Below, piece after piece: positions 1-8,912 of a stretch of 64,000 nt of DNA (within the stretch, counting starts at the first letter, position 1; the number at the start of each line of letters is the position of its first letter). The DNA lies in the NCBI GenBank assembly GCA_965248265.1, contig CBDFJF010000002.1, positions 1,280,001 through 1,344,000 of the forward strand, written 5' to 3'. Made by a program: the position numbers and the translations under genes. The stretch is from Candidatus Latescibacterota bacterium (GTDB taxonomy: Bacteria; Latescibacterota; UBA2968; UBA8231). Below the pieces are notes generated by a model. It worked only from the letters and a program-made list of their open reading frames with translations. It did not search any database and was not told the DNA's origin.

Positions 1-85
1 GACAGCCATTCACGGAAGCCATGCGAAGGCGGCACTATTCCCGGCCGGTGCTCTGCAGATGGCGGAGCAGTAGGATACAACCCGC

Positions 86-1720
86 TCAACTGTCGTAGTC
101 AACATGTAGCTGCGCCCCGTCCACGATCACGGGTGCTGGTCGCGATTCACCCACCCTGGTGACCGTGAACTCTACCATGTTTTCCCCTCTCTTGACCTGC
201 GCCGGGTTGAGTGGGCATTCCAACCACTGCCCCCCGGTCGCCGCCTGTGACGGGCCGGCAGGGCCGAGGCCGTCGAGGACCACATCGTTGAGCTTCACCA
301 GTATCTCGTCATCTCCGGCAGAATCCCAAAGGTGGAGGCGAAGACGCCATCCAGGATCGTCGCCCGCGGTCGCATCCTCGCCTACCTGAAACGGCACGCT
401 GACGGGCTCTCCCGGTTTCAGTTGCAGCTCCTGCGACTCCGCAAGGCTGGACTTCCCAGGGAAACGGTCCACACCGAATATCTTGCTCTTGTTGGCCATC
501 AAGGCGGGATCACCGATCTCCCGCCAGGTATCGATATCAGTGCTGTGAAAACCGTTGAAGATGTAGACCCCGTCGGCACCTGAGTTCCAGGCATTCATCG
601 CCGCACCGCGCCACGCGGGAGCGACTCCGTCCCAGGAGTTGAACTCCTGGATGTAACACCGTTTGTCCAGGTCGTTCGGATGACCTCCGTAGAGTGTTTT
701 TACCCACGAGCCGTAGGTCCGGTGCTCCCCCGATCCCAGGCCGAGAAAAGCCCAATGAACCCAGAGTGGCCAAACGACGCACGGGTACACCGGCACATCA
801 TGCCGGTGCGCGAGGTCGACGATCTCGCGGAACGAATCAGTCATCATGGACTCCTCGAGACCGCCCGCTATCAGGATATCGACGAGGTCCTCTGCCAGCC
901 ACCGCTTCACGTCCAGGCCGACGAATCGCGCGTCCGAGGCTGTGAAAGGCGTGCGCACAGCTAGCAGCAGGGGACGCCCGCGTTCGAGCTCCACGTCGGC
1001 GGTCATCCTCTTTATGCGCCGCACCAGATCCGTCATCATCTCCAGGTGGCGTTCCTCCACCGGGTTGCCAGCTAACGAAGCTGCAAAAAACGGGGGGCTT
1101 CGCAGGAAGTCCAACTCGACACCATCGACGTCGTATCCCTCACACACTTCACGAACCAGGGAGAAGATGTGCTCGGTTACCTCTGGACGGCTGAAATCGA
1201 GGGATGTCCACTCAGAGTGACGTGGTCCCTCCGGATACTTCTCCCAATCACCCGGCTCTCCAAGCAGGTACTCGGGATGATCCTGTTTGAAGGGAGCTAT
1301 CCCATAGTACCGGGTGCGATACCCCTCCGGATAGGAGTCATGGGTGTCGTTGACGCGCAGGGACCAGAAAACTTCCAGGCCGTTGTCGTGGGCGTGGTCC
1401 ACCTGAATCTGCAGGTCATCGCGCCCGTAGGTATCGATGAGCTCCTGCGAAACCCCTTTTCCATAGTAGCCACCTAGTTTGGTATGGTGCGTGAACCAGA
1501 GGCCTCCCGTGCAGGTGGAATACCAGATGCTGTCGACGTTGGTGCCCACCAGGGAGGTGGTGCGCGCGTTCAGGTAGTCATCGATCAGCTCCCCTCCACT
1601 GCGCGCCAACAACTGCCAGTCGCCGTCGTGGTGATTCTGCACCTCCCTCACGTCGTCACCGTCATTGTTGTAGATCAGCCGCCGCTTGCGCCAGCGTGCC
1701 GCTCGCCGTTTCTCATCCAT
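86..1720 (-). CDS. Glycoside hydrolase-like TIM-barrel protein (GH10-like/DUF187 group) with C-terminal beta-sandwich
   Basis: Motifs RRLIYNNDG, WSLRVNDTH, LDFSRPEV, YDVDGVELDFLR, GADGVYIFN; start moved to ATG 1720 (GAGGGA upstream); no signal peptide. Confidence 0.65.
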   Translation of the reverse strand: MDEKRRAARWRKRRLIYNNDGDDVREVQNHHDGDWQLLARSGGELIDDYLNARTTSLVGTNVDSIWYSTCTGGLWFTHHTKLGGYYGKGVSQELIDTYGRDDLQIQVDHAHDNGLEVFWSLRVNDTHDSYPEGYRTRYYGIAPFKQDHPEYLLGEPGDWEKYPEGPRHSEWTSLDFSRPEVTEHIFSLVREVCEGYDVDGVELDFLRSPPFFAASLAGNPVEERHLEMMTDLVRRIKRMTADVELERGRPLLLAVRTPFTASDARFVGLDVKRWLAEDLVDILIAGGLEESMMTDSFREIVDLAHRHDVPVYPCVVWPLWVHWAFLGLGSGEHRTYGSWVKTLYGGHPNDLDKRCYIQEFNSWDGVAPAWRGAAMNAWNSGADGVYIFNGFHSTDIDTWREIGDPALMANKSKIFGVDRFPGKSSLAESQELQLKPGEPVSVPFQVGEDATAGDDPGWRLRLHLWDSAGDDEILVKLNDVVLDGLGPAGPSQAATGGQWLECPLNPAQVKRGENMVEFTVTRVGESRPAPVIVDGAQLHVDYDS

Positions 1721-1910
1721 CCTGGTTTCCCTCTTTGTTCGTGGGCGCTTCCTGCAATTCAGTGGAAGATATGGACGTGACCGTGGGCAATGCGAGCGTC
1801 GTGGTAATTCGTTGTTGCCACCTGGCCGATGTTCTATGTTCCTCGACCGTTGTCGCAGCAACCGAGTGGGCACTGGCTGACTGAACATACCGAATGGGGA
1901 GCATTCAGAA

Positions 1911-2282
1911 ATGGTACACAAGATTCACAAGATCGCGATCATAACCGACGATATCGACGGAGCCGTTGAGTTCTACACGCAGAAGTTAGGGTTGTCCGTT
2001 GTCGAGCGCTTCGCCAACGAGGATGATGAGGACTACGTCTTCCTCGATGCCGGAGGCATCCTGCTCGAGCTGATGCCGCAGAAGACCATGGGGCAGGACA
2101 GCGGTTTCCACCACATCTCGTTCGACGTCGACAGCGTCGAGGACAGTGCACGGGAGTTGAAGGACAAGGGAGTCCCCATCACCGTGGAACCTTTTGAGGT
2201 GGGTGGGGGGACCGGTATCACGCTGGGTTTCTTTGAGGGCCCCAACAAGATGAACCTGCAGCTCTTCCATCGCGAGAAATGA
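1911..2282 (+). CDS. VOC/glyoxalase family protein
   Basis: IAIITDDIDGAVEFYTQKLGL, LLELM, FHHISFDVDSVE, FFEGP glyoxalase-fold pattern. Confidence 0.85.
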   Translation: MVHKIHKIAIITDDIDGAVEFYTQKLGLSVVERFANEDDEDYVFLDAGGILLELMPQKTMGQDSGFHHISFDVDSVEDSARELKDKGVPITVEPFEVGGGTGITLGFFEGPNKMNLQLFHREK

Positions 2283-2289
2283 GGTCGCC

Positions 2290-3108
2290 ATGCGCATCTT
2301 GAATGCCAATCGAGACGAAATGAAGGAGTTGAGCGGCGTCCATGCTGGTGCCGGGGCGATTCTCTTCAGTCGTCTGTGGGGTCGGTCCGATTTCGAGTCG
2401 CCTTTCGCCTTTTGTCACTCCGCGATCCTGCCGCCGCACTCTGGAATAGGCTATCACCGACACGACGATGCCGAAGAGATTTTCATCACAACCGACAACG
2501 CCGCGCAGTTCACGCACAACGGGAGGACGGCGATCGTCGAGGGCGGCGCCGCGGTGCCGGTGCGCTCAGGCGAGATCCACGCCATCTACAATCACACCGA
2601 ACAGGAGACGCGCTGGTTCAACGTCCACTGTGTGGTGCCCGGTGGGGACCCCAAGTCGACGGATCTGAACGACGACCGGGTCGGTGCGGAGCTGGAGTCG
2701 ACGGACCGGCTGCCCGTGGGACGACTGGATCGCACGGCACTCAAGTACGGCCCGCGGCACGGCGGTAAGGGCGAGGTCGGTGCTCGGATAATCTGGGGTC
2801 CGCAGGATTTCCGCAGCAATTTTCACGGCCTGGCCCATTGTCTGCTGCCGCCGGAGACTTCGATCGGCTATCACCGTCACGCCGCCGTCGAGGAATGCTA
2901 CATCATCATCGAAGGCGATGGACGGATGACGGAGGACGATGAGACCCAGGATGTTTCTCAATGGGATGTTATCCCCAGCCGGTTGGGGGGCAGCCACGGG
3001 CTCTACAATAACACGCAAGCCGATCTTGAACTGCTGGTGGTTTCCGTCTGTGTCGAGAAGGAGCAATTCGACGCGACGGATCTGGGCGACGACTTGAGTC
3101 AACGCTGA
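2290..3108 (+). CDS. Tandem (bi-)cupin protein
   Basis: Two repeats with LPPxxxIGYHRHxxxEE metal motif; GAGG RBS. Confidence 0.85.
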   Translation: MRILNANRDEMKELSGVHAGAGAILFSRLWGRSDFESPFAFCHSAILPPHSGIGYHRHDDAEEIFITTDNAAQFTHNGRTAIVEGGAAVPVRSGEIHAIYNHTEQETRWFNVHCVVPGGDPKSTDLNDDRVGAELESTDRLPVGRLDRTALKYGPRHGGKGEVGARIIWGPQDFRSNFHGLAHCLLPPETSIGYHRHAAVEECYIIIEGDGRMTEDDETQDVSQWDVIPSRLGGSHGLYNNTQADLELLVVSVCVEKEQFDATDLGDDLSQR

Positions 3109-3136
3109 ATACACATTCTTCTAGAAAGGATTCCAA

Positions 3137-3907
3137 ATGGCATCGGTCAAAATCACATTCATCGGCCACGCATCTTTTCGTTTCGAGTCCGAAAAGACGG
3201 TTACCTACTTCGACACCTGGCTCGACGACAATCCCACCGCCAAAATGAAGCTCAGCCAGGTACGGAAAGCCGATATCGTCATCGCCAGCCACGGCCACGG
3301 CGACCACATCGGCGATTCCTATGAAATCTGCAAGCGCACCAAAGCCAAATTCGTCGGCAACTACGAGCTGTGTATGGTCGCCGAGCAGGTGCACGGTCTC
3401 AAGATGGGCTCCCGGGCGCTGTCGATGAATCCCGGCGGTACGGTCAAGGTCAAAGACGCCGCGATCACGATGGTCCAGGGCCATCACTCGCAGTCGCTCT
3501 CGACTCATGTGACCGGTGCGGAGCTGCCCTCAGGGGTGATTTTCCACCCCGACAGTGCCGTGAATGGTTTTTGCGTTGCGTACGACAGTGGCATCACCAT
3601 TTACGACACGGCGGATACCTGTCTCTTCAGTGATATGCAGCTGATAGGCCAGATGCACGGCCCGCAAGTCGTCATAATGCCGGTTGGCGGACAGTACACG
3701 ATGGGTATCCGCGAGGCGGCACGGGCGGCCAGTCTGATCCGGCCCGACGTGGTCATTCCCTGTCATTACGGGCCGATCATGGGACAGCCGGCCAATATTG
3801 GCGAGTTGAGCAAGGCAGTGAAGTTTCTGTCGCCGAATACTGAGGTAGTGGAGATGAAGGTGGGGCAGACGCTGACCTACACGGCGAGCAGTCACAGTCT
3901 GCGCTAG
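3137..3907 (+). CDS. Metallo-beta-lactamase-fold metal-dependent hydrolase (UPF0173/UlaG-like)
   Basis: ITFIGHASF, SHGHGDHIGD (HxHxDH), PVGGQYTM, VIPCHY. Confidence 0.9.
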   Translation: MASVKITFIGHASFRFESEKTVTYFDTWLDDNPTAKMKLSQVRKADIVIASHGHGDHIGDSYEICKRTKAKFVGNYELCMVAEQVHGLKMGSRALSMNPGGTVKVKDAAITMVQGHHSQSLSTHVTGAELPSGVIFHPDSAVNGFCVAYDSGITIYDTADTCLFSDMQLIGQMHGPQVVIMPVGGQYTMGIREAARAASLIRPDVVIPCHYGPIMGQPANIGELSKAVKFLSPNTEVVEMKVGQTLTYTASSHSLR

Positions 3908-3926
3908 TGCAGGCGGTGGAGCTCCC

Positions 3927-4640
3927 ATGGCGCCCACGAAAGTGCTGATTACCGGCGCCGCCGGTGGCATCGGAAGCTATCTCCGCAAAGCCTTCGCAGA
4001 TCGCTACACCATGCGGCTGGCGGACATCGTCGAGATCGACGACCCGCAGGGGCACGAGGTCGTGAAGGCGGACATTACCGATCTGGACCAGATGCGTCGT
4101 GCCTGCGAGGGCATGGATGTGGTCGTCCACCTCGCCGCATGTCCGGACGCAAGCGCCGATTTCGACACCCTGCTGCCGTTGAACATCAGCGGCACCTACA
4201 ATGTTTTTCAAGCGGCGAAGGATGAGGGCTGTCGGCGGGTGGTGTTCGCCAGCAGCATCCACGCGATGCTGGGCTATCCGAAGGAGCTTTCTGCGCGCTC
4301 AGATATGCCGGTGAATCCGCCGAACTTCTACGGCGTCACCAAGTGCTTTGGCGAGGCACTGGCTCGGTGTTACGCCAATGACGGGCTGTCGTCAGTGTCG
4401 ATTCGGATCGGTGCCCTCAGGCTTCAGGATAATCCGGATCTGCAGCGGCCGGCGGCAGAGCGTGGGGAGGGGGAGGCCTGGATCAGTCAGCGCGACCTGG
4501 CCCAACTCTTCCAACGCAGCATCGACGCCGAAGGCGTCGACTTTGCCATCGTGCACGGGCAGAGCGGGCAGAAAAAACCATATCTCGACATTTCCCACGC
4601 TCGCGAGATTCTCGGTTACCAACCGCAGGATCCGCAGTAG
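3927..4640 (+). CDS. NAD-dependent epimerase/dehydratase (uronate dehydrogenase-like SDR)
   Basis: LITGAAGGIG Rossmann motif, FASSIHA, YGVTK (YxxxK), SIRIG. Confidence 0.85.
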   Translation: MAPTKVLITGAAGGIGSYLRKAFADRYTMRLADIVEIDDPQGHEVVKADITDLDQMRRACEGMDVVVHLAACPDASADFDTLLPLNISGTYNVFQAAKDEGCRRVVFASSIHAMLGYPKELSARSDMPVNPPNFYGVTKCFGEALARCYANDGLSSVSIRIGALRLQDNPDLQRPAAERGEGEAWISQRDLAQLFQRSIDAEGVDFAIVHGQSGQKKPYLDISHAREILGYQPQDPQ

Positions 4641-4676
4641 GCCACGGACGGCCGCCGTACTCGGGTCGGAAGCTCG

Positions 4677-5765
4677 CTATCCCTTGTACTTGGGAAACAG
4701 CGGATCCTCCAGCGCCTCCTTGTAGCTCTGTGACCGTCCTGAGTGGTCGCCTCCGAGCCACCGGTAGGGCCTTGGGTAGAGCGTCAGCGAGCGGTCTTCC
4801 AGCGGGAGCTTCAGCGGCACGCTGCCCCACAAGGCCGAGTACTTGGCGGCGATCGCCAACTCCAGCGACTGCCGCAGGTCGTGTCCGGATATCCACAACT
4901 CACCACCGTTCGACACCACATTGAGGAACGACTGGATCGAGGTGCCCAGGTAGGAGTACCGGGGATATTCTTCCGGCGTGAACGCCCGTTCCACTTTGAT
5001 GCGGGCGCCGGCGTTGTCGAAACCCTGGTAGACTTCCACGGGCGCCCAGCTCCAGCGGACCAGCGCGTCGTCCGTCCACACGTCGACGCCACGAGACGGA
5101 GTCGCAGTACCGAAAACCGGGCAGATCAGACCGTTGCTCAGACGGAAGTTTCCGTGGATGACCAGGTCCTCGTCGCAATCGCTCTTGAGCGCTTCTTCGG
5201 GCGTACCCCAGGCAATAACTTCCGTTACTTCCGCATTGGCAAAAAGCCGCAGAACCGCGATAGCCTGGCATCCGCCACCCGAGATTTCGCCCCCCCATCC
5301 GTGCAGGCTGGCGCCGCGAAGTTCCCCGTAATCGCCCGCGCGCAGCCAACGGCCGGCATCCTGAATGTCCGTACTGGCCCGCTTGAGGTTGCCCCCGGCA
5401 AAGACCACGCCGCGCTCCGTACACACGTCGATCATCTCGTCTACGTCCGCCAGGCATGCCCCGATCGGCTTGTCGGTGGAAACCCCCTTCACACCGGCTT
5501 GAGCGCTGGCGATCACCGCCTCCTTGATGTGCTTGCCGGGCAGCACGACGGCGGCAATGTCGGGTTTGATTTCCCGGTACATGTCCGCCGCATCCCGATA
5601 GAGCGCCTTGACACCGAAGCGTTCGCCGACGGCCTTGCGCCGTTCCGGGTTGTATTCGGCGATGGCGACCAGTTCGGTATTCGGCAGGGTCTGGAAGACC
5701 TCGGCATAGTGCTGGCCGAGGCGCCCGCCGCCGATGATGGCAACGGTGTACTGGGGTTCAGCCAT
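4677..5765 (-). CDS. Gfo/Idh/MocA family oxidoreductase
   Basis: VAIIGGGRLG, ELVAIAE, TDKPI; start ATG 5765 with GAGGAGG RBS. Confidence 0.85.
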   Translation of the reverse strand: MAEPQYTVAIIGGGRLGQHYAEVFQTLPNTELVAIAEYNPERRKAVGERFGVKALYRDAADMYREIKPDIAAVVLPGKHIKEAVIASAQAGVKGVSTDKPIGACLADVDEMIDVCTERGVVFAGGNLKRASTDIQDAGRWLRAGDYGELRGASLHGWGGEISGGGCQAIAVLRLFANAEVTEVIAWGTPEEALKSDCDEDLVIHGNFRLSNGLICPVFGTATPSRGVDVWTDDALVRWSWAPVEVYQGFDNAGARIKVERAFTPEEYPRYSYLGTSIQSFLNVVSNGGELWISGHDLRQSLELAIAAKYSALWGSVPLKLPLEDRSLTLYPRPYRWLGGDHSGRSQSYKEALEDPLFPKYKG

Positions 5766-5779
5766 GGGTGATTGCCTCC

Positions 5780-6225
5780 TCAAATCGCATTTGAATCTCC
5801 ATTCGAAAAGAACCCCCGATCGTAGACCGGCTGTGTCCACAGGCTGGCACCCGCTTCGCTGTGGGCGCGAACCCGTACGTAGCGCTCGTCTCCACGTAAC
5901 CGGTACTCAGCGACTTTCCCTTCTACGACCGACAGAATCGCGCCGTCCTCGCCCGAAAACAGGTAGCGATTCGGGGAGCCTTCCCAATCCTTGGATCCAG
6001 CCTCGACCGTGATCGTGGACCCGTCGAATTCGAACCGCTCCAACTCCAGTCCGTTCGAGCAGTAGAACTGACCCGACCGAACGGCCCCGAGCACGGATTC
6101 CCGATCGGCGTCGGTGTTGGAGTACAGCGTATTCCTTGGTACCATCGCATCACCAGCATGCAGGTGGAAGTTCGCGCGCAACCGACCGCGTCCTCTATAC
6201 CATTATATGGGTTCGCGTAGTCCAT
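5780..6225 (-). pseudogene. Remnant of PHP-domain (CehA/McbA-like) metallohydrolase with frameshift and large internal deletion
   Basis: MDYANPY frame shifts near 6183 into LRANFHLHAG (HxH), then almost immediately into C-terminal motifs AVRSGQFYCSNG, YVRV, WTQP; ~148 codons only. Confidence 0.6.
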
Positions 6226-6249
6226 GGGGTGCGCAACGCCAGGTCAGCG

Positions 6250-7593
6250 TCAGTAAGGCGCAGGTCCGTCGCCGGAGGGGATCATGGCCAGGAAGCGGTC
6301 GCCGGTCTCTTCGCACCATGTTCGAAGGTAGGCGCGTCTGCTCGCCAACACCGATGTGAAGTGTGAGCTGCCAGCCAGGTTCACCATCTCACCGGGATCC
6401 GCCGTCAAGTCGAACAGCTGCTCCCGGTACCGACCCCAGTCGTAGATGACATACTTGTACTGCCCGTCGTAGACGGCCCGGCCGATCAGGTTCTGGCCCC
6501 CGTGCTTGCCCATCTGCTCGCCCCGGTCGATTTCGATCACCAGGTGCTCGCGCCACGACGTGGGTACCATGGCTTTCGATTCCTCTTCCACTACCGGACG
6601 TAGTGACCGGCCGCGCAATCCGGCCGGTGGATCGATTCCCGCGTAATCGCAAAAGGTCGGCATGAGGTCGAGCCCTGTGTGAGCCAGCGCCGGCGAAACC
6701 GTCGAGACGGAGCCTTCCTCAGCCTTCGGGGGCCTGACGATCAGCGGCACCTTCGCGGCTTCTTCGTAGAGTATGAGCTTCTGCTTCAATTTGTGTGCGC
6801 CCTGGCTGTCACCGTGATCGCTGATGAAAACGACGAGGGTATCGTCGTCCAGTCCGCTGTCGCGAAGGCCCTCCAGGACAGTACCGATGTGGCTGTCAAC
6901 CAGTTCTATGAGCCGGAAGTAAGCGCTGCGGTATCGCCGCCACCAGTTGGGGTCGTCGGTCAGGTCCTCCGTGGAGAACGCGGAAGGATGGGTCGCCGTA
7001 AAGGATCGTATGGCCTGCGGCTCATACGGAGCGATGCCGTGGTTGGCCGGCAACACCGGGCAGTCATGGATGTGTCGCTCCTCTATCGCCCCCAGATAGG
7101 TATCCTGCTCGCGCGCCCATTGGCAGATGTTGTGCGGATTGATGAACGATGCAACCAGGAAGAATGGGCTGCTTTCGTCTCGCTGGCCACGATCCACAAG
7201 GAAGTCGCGGCAATCCACGGCCATGTCGGCATCGAGGGATTGCGAAAGCGGCTCGAATCCGCATACCTGTGGTTCCTCGCTCAGCGCGAAGGAGCGATTG
7301 CCGGCATAGTAGCAGTCGTAGCCGGACGCGGACAGGATGCGTCCGAGGGTGGCATCTGGAGTCGAAATACCGCCGTCGTCAAACGAAATCTCATGCGGCT
7401 GCGTACCAGTCATGATGCTGTTGCGTGCCGGCGCGCACGATGGTGTGGCGCAGTAGGCCCGCTCGAACCGCACACCATCCGCCGCCAGGCTGTCCATATT
7501 CGGTGTAGAAATCTCGGCATTGCCCGTGCAACTCATGGCGTTCGCCGATTGTTGATCGGTGAAGATGAGCAGGATGTTCGGCCGTCTACTCAT
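6250..7593 (-). CDS. Sulfatase (formylglycine-dependent, Cys-type)
   Basis: RPNILLIFTDQQ, CAPARNSIMTG (CxPxR), NPH, SDHGD, EQLFDLTADPGE. Confidence 0.93.
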   Translation of the reverse strand: MSRRPNILLIFTDQQSANAMSCTGNAEISTPNMDSLAADGVRFERAYCATPSCAPARNSIMTGTQPHEISFDDGGISTPDATLGRILSASGYDCYYAGNRSFALSEEPQVCGFEPLSQSLDADMAVDCRDFLVDRGQRDESSPFFLVASFINPHNICQWAREQDTYLGAIEERHIHDCPVLPANHGIAPYEPQAIRSFTATHPSAFSTEDLTDDPNWWRRYRSAYFRLIELVDSHIGTVLEGLRDSGLDDDTLVVFISDHGDSQGAHKLKQKLILYEEAAKVPLIVRPPKAEEGSVSTVSPALAHTGLDLMPTFCDYAGIDPPAGLRGRSLRPVVEEESKAMVPTSWREHLVIEIDRGEQMGKHGGQNLIGRAVYDGQYKYVIYDWGRYREQLFDLTADPGEMVNLAGSSHFTSVLASRRAYLRTWCEETGDRFLAMIPSGDGPAPY

Positions 7594-8417
7594 GAGATGT
7601 CGATGCGCGCGGGGTCAACGGTCTCTCGCCAGGCGGCAAAGGCCGCTTCCATCTCCTCCGACCATCCGCGGTCTACTTCCCCGGGTGTGTAGGTTCCCTC
7701 AGTGATGCTCATTTTGCCCCAGTAGTCACGCAACCGCGTGTTCTCCGAGGTCTCGACCACCTGCTTGGCCAGTTGAGGAGGTATGGAGATCATCCCGCTC
7801 GACGTGCCCAGGATCACATCTCCCGGCAGCACGGTAGCGTTGCCGATACGAATCGGGCCGTTCATTTCCATCATCGTCACGGCGCCGATCGCCGATGGAT
7901 GAAGGCCTTTGGTGAATACATTTATAGGCAACTGACGAACGCGCTGGGTATCGCGGATACCGCCATCTACGACGAGCCCGGTGCCGCCCGTGTTGGTCGC
8001 TATGGCGGTCCCCAGATTGTCACCGATGAAGGTGCCGCGGTCTACTTTTCCGAACAGCTCGACGACCAGCACATCCCCCTCCGTCAGGGTGTCGATGACC
8101 CACGAGTTCTGACCACCGACGCGCCCGTGCTCACGGCCCTCCTCTACGATGACCTCGTTCAGATCGGGTCTGAAGGGCACATAGCGGCAAGTGACGGCTC
8201 GACCCACCAAGACCCGTTCGGGATGGAGATTGATCCAGTCACCTTCGAACTGGAGCTCAAACCCCTCTCCCTGGAGCACACCCCAAGCCTCTTCCGTAGT
8301 CACTTTCAGCATGCGCTCGAGGACGTCACCGGCTACACGAGGTCGTCCGTCGGCGGATCGCTCCCCTTCGTAACGAGAGGTGAGTTCCTTGATGCGCTCG
8401 GTTGAATTCAAATCCAT
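7590..8417 (-). CDS. RraA/HMG aldolase family protein
   Basis: LVGRAVT, GDVLVV, IGDNL, VVDGGIRD, TVLPGDVILG. Confidence 0.85.
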   Translation of the reverse strand: MDLNSTERIKELTSRYEGERSADGRPRVAGDVLERMLKVTTEEAWGVLQGEGFELQFEGDWINLHPERVLVGRAVTCRYVPFRPDLNEVIVEEGREHGRVGGQNSWVIDTLTEGDVLVVELFGKVDRGTFIGDNLGTAIATNTGGTGLVVDGGIRDTQRVRQLPINVFTKGLHPSAIGAVTMMEMNGPIRIGNATVLPGDVILGTSSGMISIPPQLAKQVVETSENTRLRDYWGKMSITEGTYTPGEVDRGWSEEMEAAFAAWRETVDPARIDIS

Positions 8418-8440
8418 GGTGGCGACGGCCTTTCTCTGGT

Positions 8441-8483
8441 CGAGTTTTGAAACTCGGAATTAGGACTCATTCGATATCGAGTC
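8441..8483. promoter_or_regulatory. Candidate operator palindromes in divergent intergenic region
   Basis: CGAGTTT-TG-AAACTCG (8441-8456) and TCGATATCGA (8471-8480) between divergent genes. Confidence 0.3.
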
Positions 8484-8572
8484 AAGCACCCACGACAGGG
8501 TTTACCTCTCGACAGAGCCCGAGCTTCGCCCGATACTACCAGCCCCAACTAACCCAACGAGGAGATTGCCCC

Positions 8573-8887
8573 ATGTATTCGATCGGTCTGGCCACGACAC
8601 TCCGTCCAGGAGCCTACGCCGAGTACAAACAAGCCCACGACGACCTCTGGCCGGACCTTGCCGCCACCATGGCCGACAACAACGTGAGCATGGCCATCTA
8701 TCGCTTCGGTGAGAACCTCATCCTCCACGCCGTTGCCCCTACCGAGGAAGACTGGAACAAGAGTGGTGCCGCACCGATTCAGGCCAAGTGGCTCGATTAC
8801 ATGACTAAGCTCCTGGAGACGAACGAAGAAGGTGAGATCATCTTCGAAAGCCTAACCGAGGCCTTCGCTTTCGGCATGTTCAAATAG
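8573..8887 (+). CDS. L-rhamnose mutarotase family protein
   Basis: LRPGAYAEYKQAHDDLWPDL and W..YM motif, 104 aa; GAGGAG RBS before ATG 8573. Confidence 0.8.
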   Translation: MYSIGLATTLRPGAYAEYKQAHDDLWPDLAATMADNNVSMAIYRFGENLILHAVAPTEEDWNKSGAAPIQAKWLDYMTKLLETNEEGEIIFESLTEAFAFGMFK

Positions 8888-8912
8888 GAATGACCATGGC
8901 GGAGTGCTGCCC

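Noticed and set aside
1-73. Possible 3' end of a plus-strand gene (TAG at 71-73)
   Set aside because: Too short to support a call
1721-1921. N-terminal extension of the GH10-like ORF
   Set aside because: Overlaps the divergent VOC gene start; RBS supports ATG 1720
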